Positions 1 to 8,548 of a stretch of DNA of 64,000 nucleotides are shown piece by piece (the first letter of the stretch is position 1; each line of letters starts with the position of its first letter). The stretch lies in contig OZ219816.1 in the NCBI GenBank assembly GCA_964291235.2, positions 192,001 to 256,000 of the forward strand, in the 5' to 3' direction. The notes beneath the pieces are model-generated. The model searched no databases, was not told the origin of the DNA, and saw only the letters and a program-made list of their open reading frames with translations. The DNA is from Vicinamibacteria bacterium. Lineage in GTDB: Bacteria; Acidobacteriota; Vicinamibacteria; Marinacidobacterales; Marinacidobacteraceae. A program made the translations under genes and the position numbers.

Positions 1-394
1 GAATCAAGGAATGGTCAGGCAATACAACCAGTCTCCAGCATCTCCGAACCAACGGATAAACGGACAGTGTACCGAGAATGTTCCGTTCTTTTTCGGGGGC
101 GAAGCGGGGCCGGAATTCTGGTCCGCGCGGTGGCGTGACAATCACCAGAACTATTCCGAAAAAGCCAGCGTCGTCACCGGTCGGGCCCGGCTCCGAGTGG
201 CGGCGGGAAACCAGGCCAGCTCGCGCCCCGAGCCGTCGCGCAACCGTGCGGAGCGTGCGTGAACACCGCGCAGGGAGGCCCCCCTGGCCTGCACCCCGAT
301 CGGCTGGCAGCGTGCGTGCGGCACGATCCCGCCAGCCTCGTCGCCTACCCATTCTGCCTGGCGAGGAGCCATTCTTTACATACGTTGAGAAACC

Positions 395-1075
395 ATGTCG
401 AAAATGCTCATCTCCGCACTCGATCATTCCTTCCGCTGGGTGAGATCCCAGAGGCTGCTCTTCAGGTTCACTCTGCTCACGCGCATCCTGCTCGCCGCCG
501 GCTTCATTCCCGCCGGGTTCGTCAAGCTGCTCGGCCAACGTTTCACGCTCCTCCCCGAAGGGACGCCGATCGGGGCGTTCTTCGAAGCGATATACCAAAC
601 CGGCGTCTTCTGGAACTTCATCGGCGCAGTGCAGGTGGTTGCCGGCGTGCTCCTGCTGATGCCGTCGTTTGCGCATCTGGGCGCTTTGCTATTCCTGCCT
701 GTCATCGCCTGCATCTTCGCAGTAGTGGTTGGAGTGGGCTTCGGGGCGGGCACAACTCTGGTCACGCTGCAGATGCTGCTGGCGGTTCTGTATCTGCTGC
801 TGTGGGACTACGACCGTTTCCGCAGCATCCTCACCACTCATCCAACCCAGTCCGGCCACAGCATTCCCGCCTGGGCCCTCGATCGATGGGAGCGCGCCGG
901 ATTCATCGTGTTCGCCGCATCGCTGATGGCGTACTTCGCCTTCACCCGGAGCTTCGTCCCCGTTCAGGTTGGTCGGGCGGCACTGTGGGTGGGTTTGGCC
1001 GCGGGGGCATTCACACTACTGCGATTCCTCGTTGTCTCCACCCGGCGCGAAGTGCAAACAAACGATCGATGGTGA
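395..1075 (+). CDS. DoxX-family membrane protein
   Basis: 226-aa hydrophobic ORF; RILLAAGF...FFEAIYQTG.FWNFIG..Q...LLWDYDR pattern typical of DoxX-like proteins. Confidence 0.7.
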   Translation: MSKMLISALDHSFRWVRSQRLLFRFTLLTRILLAAGFIPAGFVKLLGQRFTLLPEGTPIGAFFEAIYQTGVFWNFIGAVQVVAGVLLLMPSFAHLGALLFLPVIACIFAVVVGVGFGAGTTLVTLQMLLAVLYLLLWDYDRFRSILTTHPTQSGHSIPAWALDRWERAGFIVFAASLMAYFAFTRSFVPVQVGRAALWVGLAAGAFTLLRFLVVSTRREVQTNDRW

Positions 1076-1409
1076 CCGGCCCGTGACGCGCTAGCTAGGC
1101 GCGCCGGTGCGACCCCCGGCAGGGCAAGGCGTGCCCTGCGGCGTCGTTTGGTCCCAAGACACCGAGACAGGCGACGGTATTGGCGGCCGAAGCGATGGGG
1201 GTCGGAGTACCCGAGGTCACCTCGCTCATCGCCCGGTTCGGCCGGGAGGCGGGCACACCGTGGCGGAAGGACCACAAGCTGGCGGCCGCGGCGGCCCGGT
1301 TCCCTACGACTTTTCCACAAAGCGGCGCGAAAACGCCTCCCCGTGGGAATTCTGCGACGCGATTCTCGTCTATGTCCTCGAGGGGCCTGGCCCCCGAAAG
1401 GAGATCCGA

Positions 1410-1799
1410 ATGAGCCCGGTGACGAAGACAGGCGCGAAGCCGAAACCCGCTGTGGTTGCCACGAACCGGCCCGGAGCCTATTCTGTCGCCGACCTCCTCC
1501 GCGCAATGCTTGCCGACAACGTTCCGGCCGCCACCGCCAACCTCGTCGGCCTGCTCCAGAATGTGGTGGATCGGCTGAGTGCGCTGGAGCTGCGTGTGGA
1601 CAGCCTCGAAGCCCGCATGGACAGGCTTGAAGCCCGTATGGACGGGCTTGAAACCCGCATGGACAGGCTTGAGGCTCGGGTCACCGCCCTCGAAACGGCG
1701 GTTGCAGCGCTGGCGGCGCGTTTCGACACCACCCAACGGCTTCAATGGGCCACTCTCGGGGCGCTGATCGTCTTCGGGGTCGCCAGCTTCGCGCGCTGA
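1410..1799 (+). CDS. Coiled-coil protein with heptad repeats and C-terminal TM anchor (DUF1640/CCDC90-like)
   Basis: ATG at 1410 after AAGGAG; (LEARMDR)-type 7-aa repeats; hydrophobic C-terminus LQWATLGALIVFGVASF. Confidence 0.7.
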   Translation: MSPVTKTGAKPKPAVVATNRPGAYSVADLLRAMLADNVPAATANLVGLLQNVVDRLSALELRVDSLEARMDRLEARMDGLETRMDRLEARVTALETAVAALAARFDTTQRLQWATLGALIVFGVASFAR

Positions 1800-1824
1800 G
1801 GCGCGTCCCGCTGCTCGTTCCGGA

Positions 1825-2478
1825 TTACGTTTCGACCCGGGCCGCCAGCGCCCGGATGTGCTCCCGCGCCAGCGGTTCGAGCGGTCCGTTCCGGAGAAGG
1901 AGCGCCGGGTGGTGGAGCGTGAGGAACTCCCGTCCCGGCCATTCCGGTAAGCGGAAGAAATGGCCCACCTGAGCGCTGAACGGTTTCCGATCGGGGGCGA
2001 AGTGTTTTAGCGCTGTGGACCCCATCAGCACGACGAATCTCGCGGGGGAGAGCGCGAGCTGCCGCTCGAGGAATGGATGGCAACGGGCCATTTCCTCCGG
2101 CTGTGGGTCTCGGTTGGCGGGCGGCCGGCACTTCACTACGTTCACGAGGAGCAGGTGCTTGTCGGTGGAGAGGCCTTCCGCCGCGAAGAGTTCGTCCAGT
2201 TTCCGCCCGGCACGGCCGCAAAAGGCGATGCCTTGGGCGTCCTCCTGGAGGCCGGGAGCTTCGCCGATGGCGATGATCGGGGCGTCCGGATTCCCGCGGT
2301 CCACCACGATGTGCCGCCTTCGAGCAGCCAGCGCGCAGCGCTGGCAGTCGCTCTCGCGGAGCCGCCGCCGAAACTCGGGATACGCCTCGGCGTCCCGGGC
2401 GGGAAGCACCGCGCCGGCACCGGCGACCGCACCGACTTTGAAGAAATCGCGGCGGTCGAGGGTTTTCGGGGTGGTCAT
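1825..2478 (-). CDS. Uracil-DNA glycosylase family 4 ([4Fe-4S]) with N-terminal twin-arginine-like leader
   Basis: CQRC, GEAPG..ED..G.AF.GRAG, NVVKCRPP.NR.P...E...C and HPA motifs; start MTTPKTLDRRDFFK. Confidence 0.88.
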   Translation of the reverse strand: MTTPKTLDRRDFFKVGAVAGAGAVLPARDAEAYPEFRRRLRESDCQRCALAARRRHIVVDRGNPDAPIIAIGEAPGLQEDAQGIAFCGRAGRKLDELFAAEGLSTDKHLLLVNVVKCRPPANRDPQPEEMARCHPFLERQLALSPARFVVLMGSTALKHFAPDRKPFSAQVGHFFRLPEWPGREFLTLHHPALLLRNGPLEPLAREHIRALAARVET

Positions 2479-2518
2479 CGGTCGCTTCTCGAAGTGGATG
2501 GAGCGGGCGCCTCGGTGA

Positions 2519-2998
2519 TCATCCGGGCGGAGCCTTCCCGGTAGTCGACACGAACAGGCGCACTTCTTCTTCTTCCAGAGTCTCAACGTCATCAAGGCGG
2601 CGAATCAACAGACTGCGGAAGTTCGAATCGTCAACACCGTGATACCAGGCAAACGTCTTCAAGTCACGAGGGTCTGTGTCCAGGAAGAGTCCGGCAGCCA
2701 GTCCGTCGAGGACCGGCTTGACGTAGTTGTCCACATCCAACGGAGTCGGACGCGGATGAAAACGGAAGAGAAGCGTGACCGCATAGAGGTGTTTGGAGTC
2801 CCATGTGGATCCCTTTCGTTCGTCTTGGACGGCGGACGCAACCTTTTTCTTCCAAGCACGGAGCTCTGCTCTTCGCTGCTTGGAGCTTGGGGCGAAATTG
2901 ATGATGCGGCCCGGCACCCGTGTTGAGAATGACTTCGCCTCCTTATTGAACCTGACGACACCGGTGTTCACCGAGAAGTTGTTTTCTGAATTCGACAT
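2519..2998 (-). CDS. RusA-like Holliday junction resolvase/nuclease
   Basis: DVDNYVKPVLDGL and DDS motifs; start uncertain (2998 or up to 3031). Confidence 0.7.
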   Translation of the reverse strand: MSNSENNFSVNTGVVRFNKEAKSFSTRVPGRIINFAPSSKQRRAELRAWKKKVASAVQDERKGSTWDSKHLYAVTLLFRFHPRPTPLDVDNYVKPVLDGLAAGLFLDTDPRDLKTFAWYHGVDDSNFRSLLIRRLDDVETLEEEEVRLFVSTTGKAPPG

Positions 2999-3159
2999 GG
3001 TTTCCATTGTTCCCGGTTTCGGGAATTGCACAAGGGGGGGGGTAGGTCAGGAACGAGACCGCTCTGATCCGGCCGTTGCCGTTCGCGTCCTCTCTCGGGC
3101 GGTGGGGACGAATGCACGGGGGCATTGCGCCGTTCCCCGGTGTTTACGCCGACATAGAG

Positions 3160-3830
3160 TCGGAGCGCCGGTCTCTGACCGGCATCGCTCCCCGCCGGGG
3201 AGCGAAACCGCACATCGCTGCTCAGCCGCACGGCGCAGAGGCACGGGGGCGTTACGCCGTTCCCGGGTTGGTGGGTGCTGTGCGGCGGATGGAGTTCGTG
3301 CGTTTCGCGGCCTGCGGCCGCGATGCCGGCCGGAGGCCGGCGCTCCTATCTCCGGGCGGCTGTGGGGCGGGAGAGCGATGCGCGGTCCGCCCGCTGCGCG
3401 GGCGGGTGCCGATCTGGAGATCGGCGTTCCCTTACGGTCGCCCGCCGTCCGGGCTAGGCGGGGTCCGGGCCGCCGCCCGCCTCCGGCCGGCTGTGCCGAT
3501 CTGGAGATCGGCGTTCCCTCGCCTGTGCGCCGTGGGGCTGGAGAGCGAGGCGCGGTTCCGCCCGCTGCGCGGGCGGGTGCCGACCTGGAGGTTGGCGGTC
3601 CCTTGCCTGTGCGCCATGAGGCGGGGCAGCGAGGCGCGGTTCCGTCCGCTACGCGGGCGGGTGCCGACCTGGAGGTCGGCGTTCCCTTACGGTCGCCCGC
3701 CGTCCGGGCTAGGCGGGGTCCGGGCCGCCGCCCGCCTCCGGCGGGCTGTGCCGATCTGGAGATCGGCGTTCCCTTGCCCGTGTGCCGTGGGGCTGAGCGG
3801 CGTTCCCTTGCCCGTGCGCCGTGGGGCTGA
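3160..3830. repeat. Cluster of REP-like palindromes (GCCGAT-CTGGAG-ATCGGCGTTCCC and GGAGCGCCGG..CCGGCATCG types)
   Basis: At least 5 copies of the CTGGAG hairpin in 3405-3775, including a repeated ~115-bp block; inverted pair at ~3162-3210 and ~3292-3348. Confidence 0.85.
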
Positions 3831-3864
3831 GCGGCGTTTGCTTGCCTGTGCGGCACCGCCACGC

Positions 3865-4003
3865 GGGGGGAATGCGTGAAAGGGGGGTGTCCCCCCTTTC
3901 ACAAGACGAAAGCGCAAAATCGGAACTCGCCGAAGCGCGCCCCAGGCGCGCGAGGGAGTTTCGATTTCCGGCACGAAGTGCCGGGCGGTCCGGCAGGGGG
4001 GCA
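3865..4003. repeat. ~140-bp structured dispersed element, also at ~61206 and ~61453
   Basis: GTGAAAGGGGGG..CCCCCCTTTCACA..ATCGGAACTCGCCG..GGGAGTTTCGAT..CCGGCACGAAGTGCCG shared among three copies. Confidence 0.8.
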
Positions 4004-4068
4004 CAGGCTTGGTTCGCCTTTGCTACGCCGTGCTCCCCAGCCCTGTGCCCCCCTGCCGGACCGCTCAG

Positions 4069-4140
4069 TGCGCGGTGCAGGATTTGAACCTGCGACCACC
4101 TGCGTGTAAGGCAGGCGCTCTTCCGCTGAGCTAACCGCGC
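4069..4140 (-). tRNA. tRNA-Val(TAC)
   Basis: Reverse complement GCGCGGTTAGCTCAGCGGAAGAGCGCCTGCCTTACACGCAGGTGGTCGCAGGTTCAAATCCTGCACCGCGCA; cloverleaf, TAC anticodon, GTTCAAATCC T-arm; CCA not encoded. Confidence 0.95.
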
Positions 4141-4266
4141 AGTCTCGGAGACGGCGGGGATTCTCGCAGCAACGCGCGGTTGCCGATGAAGGGTTCGGCG
4201 CCCCGCAGCGTATTTCTCTATATGAACGCTGGAACTCCAACGGGGTCCCCACCGTTAGGAGAGAGC

Positions 4267-5355
4267 ATGAAACGCAAGTCCCTGATCGTGCTGTTTGCCG
4301 CCGCGGTCCTCGGTGTGGCCGCGGTCGGCGCGTTCGTCGTCCCGAACCTGACGAAGGTCAGCGAAGCGAGCGAGATCGACCCGGAGGCCGAAGAGACGGC
4401 GCCGACGCCGGTGAGCGTTGTCGAGGCGCACCTCGGGCCGGTCACCCTCCACCTCACCACCACCTCCGCGGTGGAGGCGGAACGCACCGCCCAGGTGCTC
4501 TCCGAGACCTCCGGCGTGCTGACCGAGATCCGGGTCCGCGAGGGCGACTCGGTGAACGCCGGCCAGGTGCTCGCGCGGGTGGACGCTCGCGAACGGCGGC
4601 TCGCCTTCGAGCAGGCCGAACTCCGCCTCGCCCGCGCCGAAGCGGAACACGCCCGCCAGCAGCGTGCTTTCGAGCAGGACCTGGTGGCCGAGTACGAATA
4701 CGAGAAGGCGCGCTTCGATCGCGACCTCGCGGCCTCCGAGCTGGAGACCGCCCGCCTCGAACTCGAGCGCACCGACATCCGCGCTCCCTTCGCGGGCAAG
4801 GTCACGGAACTCCTGCTGGTCGAGGGCGGCCGGCTCGAACCCGCCCAGCACCTGCTGACGCTCGCCGACTTCAACACCCTGGTGGCCCGGCTCTACGTTC
4901 CCGAGCGGGACGTGGCCGGCCTGGCGCCCGGCCAGCCGGCCGTGGTCCGGCCGGAATCGGACGCGACCGGGACCGGGATCACGGGCCGCATCCGGGAGGT
5001 GAGTCCCGTGGTGGACCGCAACACCGGCACCGTGAAGGTGACGGTGGCGCTCCCGTCCCCGGCCAGAGCGGTCGTCCGTCCCGGATCCTTCGCCCGGGTC
5101 GTCATCGAGACGGGCCGGCGCGAGAACGCGGTGCTCGCTCCGAAACGGGCCCTCGTTCAGGATGAGACCGGTACGCACGTCTTCGTGGTGGAGGAAGGCA
5201 AGGCCGTACGGCGCGACGTGACCGTGGGGGTGGAGATGGAGAGCCCCGAAGGGGCCCTCATCGAGCTCGCGGACGGGCTGGAGGCCGGGGCGCGGATCGT
5301 GGTCGCCGGCCATGGGGCGCTCGATCCCGGGGCCGCGGTCGAAGTCCTTAACTGA
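4267..5355 (+). CDS. RND efflux periplasmic adaptor (MFP) subunit
   Basis: N-terminal TM, lipoyl-like V.EGDSV.AGQ.L, IRAPF.G and beta-barrel motifs; directly upstream of RND permeases. Confidence 0.9.
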   Translation: MKRKSLIVLFAAAVLGVAAVGAFVVPNLTKVSEASEIDPEAEETAPTPVSVVEAHLGPVTLHLTTTSAVEAERTAQVLSETSGVLTEIRVREGDSVNAGQVLARVDARERRLAFEQAELRLARAEAEHARQQRAFEQDLVAEYEYEKARFDRDLAASELETARLELERTDIRAPFAGKVTELLLVEGGRLEPAQHLLTLADFNTLVARLYVPERDVAGLAPGQPAVVRPESDATGTGITGRIREVSPVVDRNTGTVKVTVALPSPARAVVRPGSFARVVIETGRRENAVLAPKRALVQDETGTHVFVVEEGKAVRRDVTVGVEMESPEGALIELADGLEAGARIVVAGHGALDPGAAVEVLN

Positions 5356-5386
5356 CCGGCCGACCGCCAGCCCGGAGATTCGCCCC

Positions 5387-8300
5387 GTGAAGTCCCTGAT
5401 TGCCGGCTGCATCCGGCGCCCGGTCAGCGTCGCCATGTTCACCGTGGCCGCGTGCGTCTTCGGCTTCGTCGCCCTCGGCCGGTTGCCGGTCAACCTGTTG
5501 CCGGAGATCTCCTATCCCACCCTGACGGTCGAGACCCGGATGCCGGGCGCGGCGCCCATCGAGGTGGAAACGCTGGTGACCCGGCCCATCGAGGAGGCGG
5601 CCTCCGTCGTTCCCGGGCTGCGCCGGGTCACCTCCCGTTCCCGCGCCGGGACGTCGGAGGTGACCCTGGAGTTCGTCTGGGATACGAACATGGACTTCGC
5701 CGGGCTCGACGTCAGGGAAAAGCTCGACAGCGTCGTCCTTCCGGAAGACGCCGAACGGCCCCGGCTCCTCCGGTTCGACCCCGCGTCCGACGCCATCTTC
5801 CGTATCGGCGTCTCCGGCGAACTCCCGCTCTCCGCGCTCCGTGAGTGGACGGAAGAGGACCTCAAGAAGGATCTCGACGCGGTGGAGGGGGTCGCCGCGG
5901 TCCGGATCGAGGGCGGACTCGTACGCGAGATCCAGGTGGACGTGGACGAGGGCCGGCTCGCCGCCTACGGGATCACGGTCGCCGAGGTGAGCGCGGCGCT
6001 CGCCGACAACAACGTCAATCTCGCCGGCGGGAGCGTGTACGAAGACGAGGCCCGCTACCTGGTCCGCACGCTCAACGAACTGGACACCCTGGACCGCATC
6101 CGCGCCGTCATCGTGAAGGACGCCGAAGGCCGGCTGGTGCGCCTTCAGGACGTGGCCGAGGTCCGCTCCGGGTTCCAGGATCAGGAAGTGATCCTGCGCC
6201 AGGGCGGGTCCGAAGGCGTCGAGGTGCGGGTCTTCAAGGAGGGGGACGCGAACACCGTGCAGGTGGCCGAGGGCATCCGGGCCCGCCTCGAGACGCTCTC
6301 CGAGGCGGTCCCAGGGACCCTCTCGCTCGCCGTCCTCTTCGACCAGTCGCAGTTCATCGAGGGCGCCATCTCGGAGGTGGTGCGGAACGCCTGGGAAGGC
6401 GGCCTGCTCGCCATCCTGGTGATCGCGCTCTTCCTGCGGGACCGCCGGGCGACGGCGGTCGTCGCGATGGCGATCCCGGTGTCGGTGATCGCCACCTTCT
6501 TCGTGATGCAGCAGATGGGGCTCTCGCTGAACATCATGTCGCTCGGCGGTCTGGCGCTCGGGGTGGGCATGCTGCTCGACGACTCCATCGTGGTCCTCGA
6601 GGCCATCCACCGCCGCCGCCACGGAGGTGAGGGAGCGCGCGACGCCGCGGTTGGCGGCACGGTCGAAGTTGCGGGCCCGGTGATCGCCTCGACCCTCACC
6701 ACCGTCGCCGTCTTCCTGCCGATCGTCTTCGTCGAGGGAGTCGCGGGGCAGCTCTTCCGGGACCAGGCGCTGACCGTTTCGATCTCGATCCTGGCATCGC
6801 TCGGCTTCTCGCTGGCGCTGATCCCGGTGCTCGCGAGCCGGGGCGGCGGCGCTCCGGGAGGCGCCCCGGGAAGCGCCTCCACCGGCCGGCCGACCCTCTT
6901 CGTCCGGGCGCTCCGCGGGGTCCGCGCCGGGTTCCGGGCGGGGGGGCGGGCGCTGGCCTGGCCGCTGAAGCCCGTGTTCCGGGCTTTCGGCGCGGCGGAA
7001 ACCGCGATGCAGCGCGCCTATCCGGCGACGCTTCGCGCCGCGCTCCGCCACCCGGTCCTCGTCTTCGGTCTCGCGATCTCGCTCTTCGCCGGTTCCCTCG
7101 CACTCGGGAGGGCCGCAATCGGCGTCGAGCTGATCCCGGCGCTCTCCCAGGGCGAGTTCCACTTCGACGTCCACCTCCCCGAGGGGTCCGCGGTGACCGC
7201 CACCGATACGGTGGTGGGCGCCGTGGGGCAGTCCGCGCTGGAGGATCCGGCGGTGCTCCGAGTGACCACCGAGGCGGGCACCGCCGCCGGCGGCGGTTTC
7301 ACGGGAGGCTCCGGACGCGCCGAGCACCAGGGCCGCATCCAGGTGGCGATGGCCGACCGGGGAGACAAGGCGGCCGAGGCGGCCGTGATCGAGAGGATCC
7401 GCGCCGACCTCGCGGGGCAGCCCGGGATCCGCTACGAGTTCGGCCGGCCGTCCTTCTTCAGCTTCCGCCAGCCGGTCGAGGTCGAGATCTATTCCGAAGA
7501 CCGCTCGCTGCTGGTCCCGAGCGCCCGCCGGGTGCAGGCGGCCGTCGCCGAGGTGCCCGGACTCGCGGACGTGCGTTCCACCGCGGAAGCGGGCAGTCCC
7601 GAGATCCGGGTCCGGTTCGCTGCCGACCGGCTCGCGAGCCTGGGCCTCACCGTGGATCAGGCGTCCGAGGGACTCCGCGCCAAGCTGCGCGGCGAAGTCG
7701 CCACCAGGCTCGACGAGGGCGACCGCCGCATCGACATCGTGGTGCGGGGAAGCGAAAGCCTGCGCTCGCGCACCGCGGCGGTGCCGGAGCTGATCGTCCA
7801 TGCCGAAGAGGCGCGGCCGGTGCCGCTCCGGGCGCTTGGCGACGCGGAGGTCAGCGAGGGCCCCGCCGAACTCCGCCGAGTGGGCCAGCGGCCCGCGGTG
7901 GTGATCTCGGGCAACCTCGACGGAGCGGATCTGGAAGGGGCCACCGAGGCCATCGGAACTTCGATCGCCGGACTCGGCCTGGCCCCCGGCGTCTCCACCC
8001 GGTTCGGGGGGCAGCGCGAGGAAATGGAGCGTTCCTTCGCGAGTCTGGCGCTGGCGATCGGACTCGCCATCTTCCTCGTCTATTTCGTGATGGCGAGCCA
8101 GTTCGAGTCGCTGCTGCACCCCTTCCTGATCCTGTTCACGATCCCCCTCGGCGCGATCGGGGTGGTGTGGGCGCTGCTGCTCTCCGGATCCACGCTGAGC
8201 GTCATCGTGCTCATCGGGATGGTGATGCTGGCAGGCATCGTGGTCAAGAACGCCATCGTGCTGGTGGACTGCATCAACCGGCTGCGGCGGGAGGGGATGG

Positions 8301-8548
8301 CGAAGGCGGAGGCGATCGTCGCGGCCGGACAGATCCGGCTGCGCCCGATCCTGATGACCACCCTGACCACGATCCTCGCGCTGACCCCGATGGCGCTCGG
8401 GCTCGGCGAGGGGGCCGAGATCCGGGGCCCGATGGCGATCACCGTCATCGGCGGCTTGCTGGTTTCGACCCTGCTGACGCTGGTGGTCATCCCGACGGCG
8501 TATTCGGTGTTCGACCGGAAGAGGTTCACGCCGGAGGCGCCATCGTGA
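5387..8548 (+). CDS. RND efflux permease (AcrB/MdtB family)
   Basis: LPVNLLP, GMLLDDSIVVLE, RLRPILMT; ~1050 aa; GTG start inferred. Confidence 0.93.
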   Translation: MKSLIAGCIRRPVSVAMFTVAACVFGFVALGRLPVNLLPEISYPTLTVETRMPGAAPIEVETLVTRPIEEAASVVPGLRRVTSRSRAGTSEVTLEFVWDTNMDFAGLDVREKLDSVVLPEDAERPRLLRFDPASDAIFRIGVSGELPLSALREWTEEDLKKDLDAVEGVAAVRIEGGLVREIQVDVDEGRLAAYGITVAEVSAALADNNVNLAGGSVYEDEARYLVRTLNELDTLDRIRAVIVKDAEGRLVRLQDVAEVRSGFQDQEVILRQGGSEGVEVRVFKEGDANTVQVAEGIRARLETLSEAVPGTLSLAVLFDQSQFIEGAISEVVRNAWEGGLLAILVIALFLRDRRATAVVAMAIPVSVIATFFVMQQMGLSLNIMSLGGLALGVGMLLDDSIVVLEAIHRRRHGGEGARDAAVGGTVEVAGPVIASTLTTVAVFLPIVFVEGVAGQLFRDQALTVSISILASLGFSLALIPVLASRGGGAPGGAPGSASTGRPTLFVRALRGVRAGFRAGGRALAWPLKPVFRAFGAAETAMQRAYPATLRAALRHPVLVFGLAISLFAGSLALGRAAIGVELIPALSQGEFHFDVHLPEGSAVTATDTVVGAVGQSALEDPAVLRVTTEAGTAAGGGFTGGSGRAEHQGRIQVAMADRGDKAAEAAVIERIRADLAGQPGIRYEFGRPSFFSFRQPVEVEIYSEDRSLLVPSARRVQAAVAEVPGLADVRSTAEAGSPEIRVRFAADRLASLGLTVDQASEGLRAKLRGEVATRLDEGDRRIDIVVRGSESLRSRTAAVPELIVHAEEARPVPLRALGDAEVSEGPAELRRVGQRPAVVISGNLDGADLEGATEAIGTSIAGLGLAPGVSTRFGGQREEMERSFASLALAIGLAIFLVYFVMASQFESLLHPFLILFTIPLGAIGVVWALLLSGSTLSVIVLIGMVMLAGIVVKNAIVLVDCINRLRREGMAKAEAIVAAGQIRLRPILMTTLTTILALTPMALGLGEGAEIRGPMAITVIGGLLVSTLLTLVVIPTAYSVFDRKRFTPEAPS

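Noticed and set aside
1-394. ORFs at the window start
   Set aside because: No recognisable motif or convincing start in any frame
2793-4087. Long ORFs across the REP cluster
   Set aside because: Translations of GC-rich palindromic repeats, open in several frames with no protein-like composition
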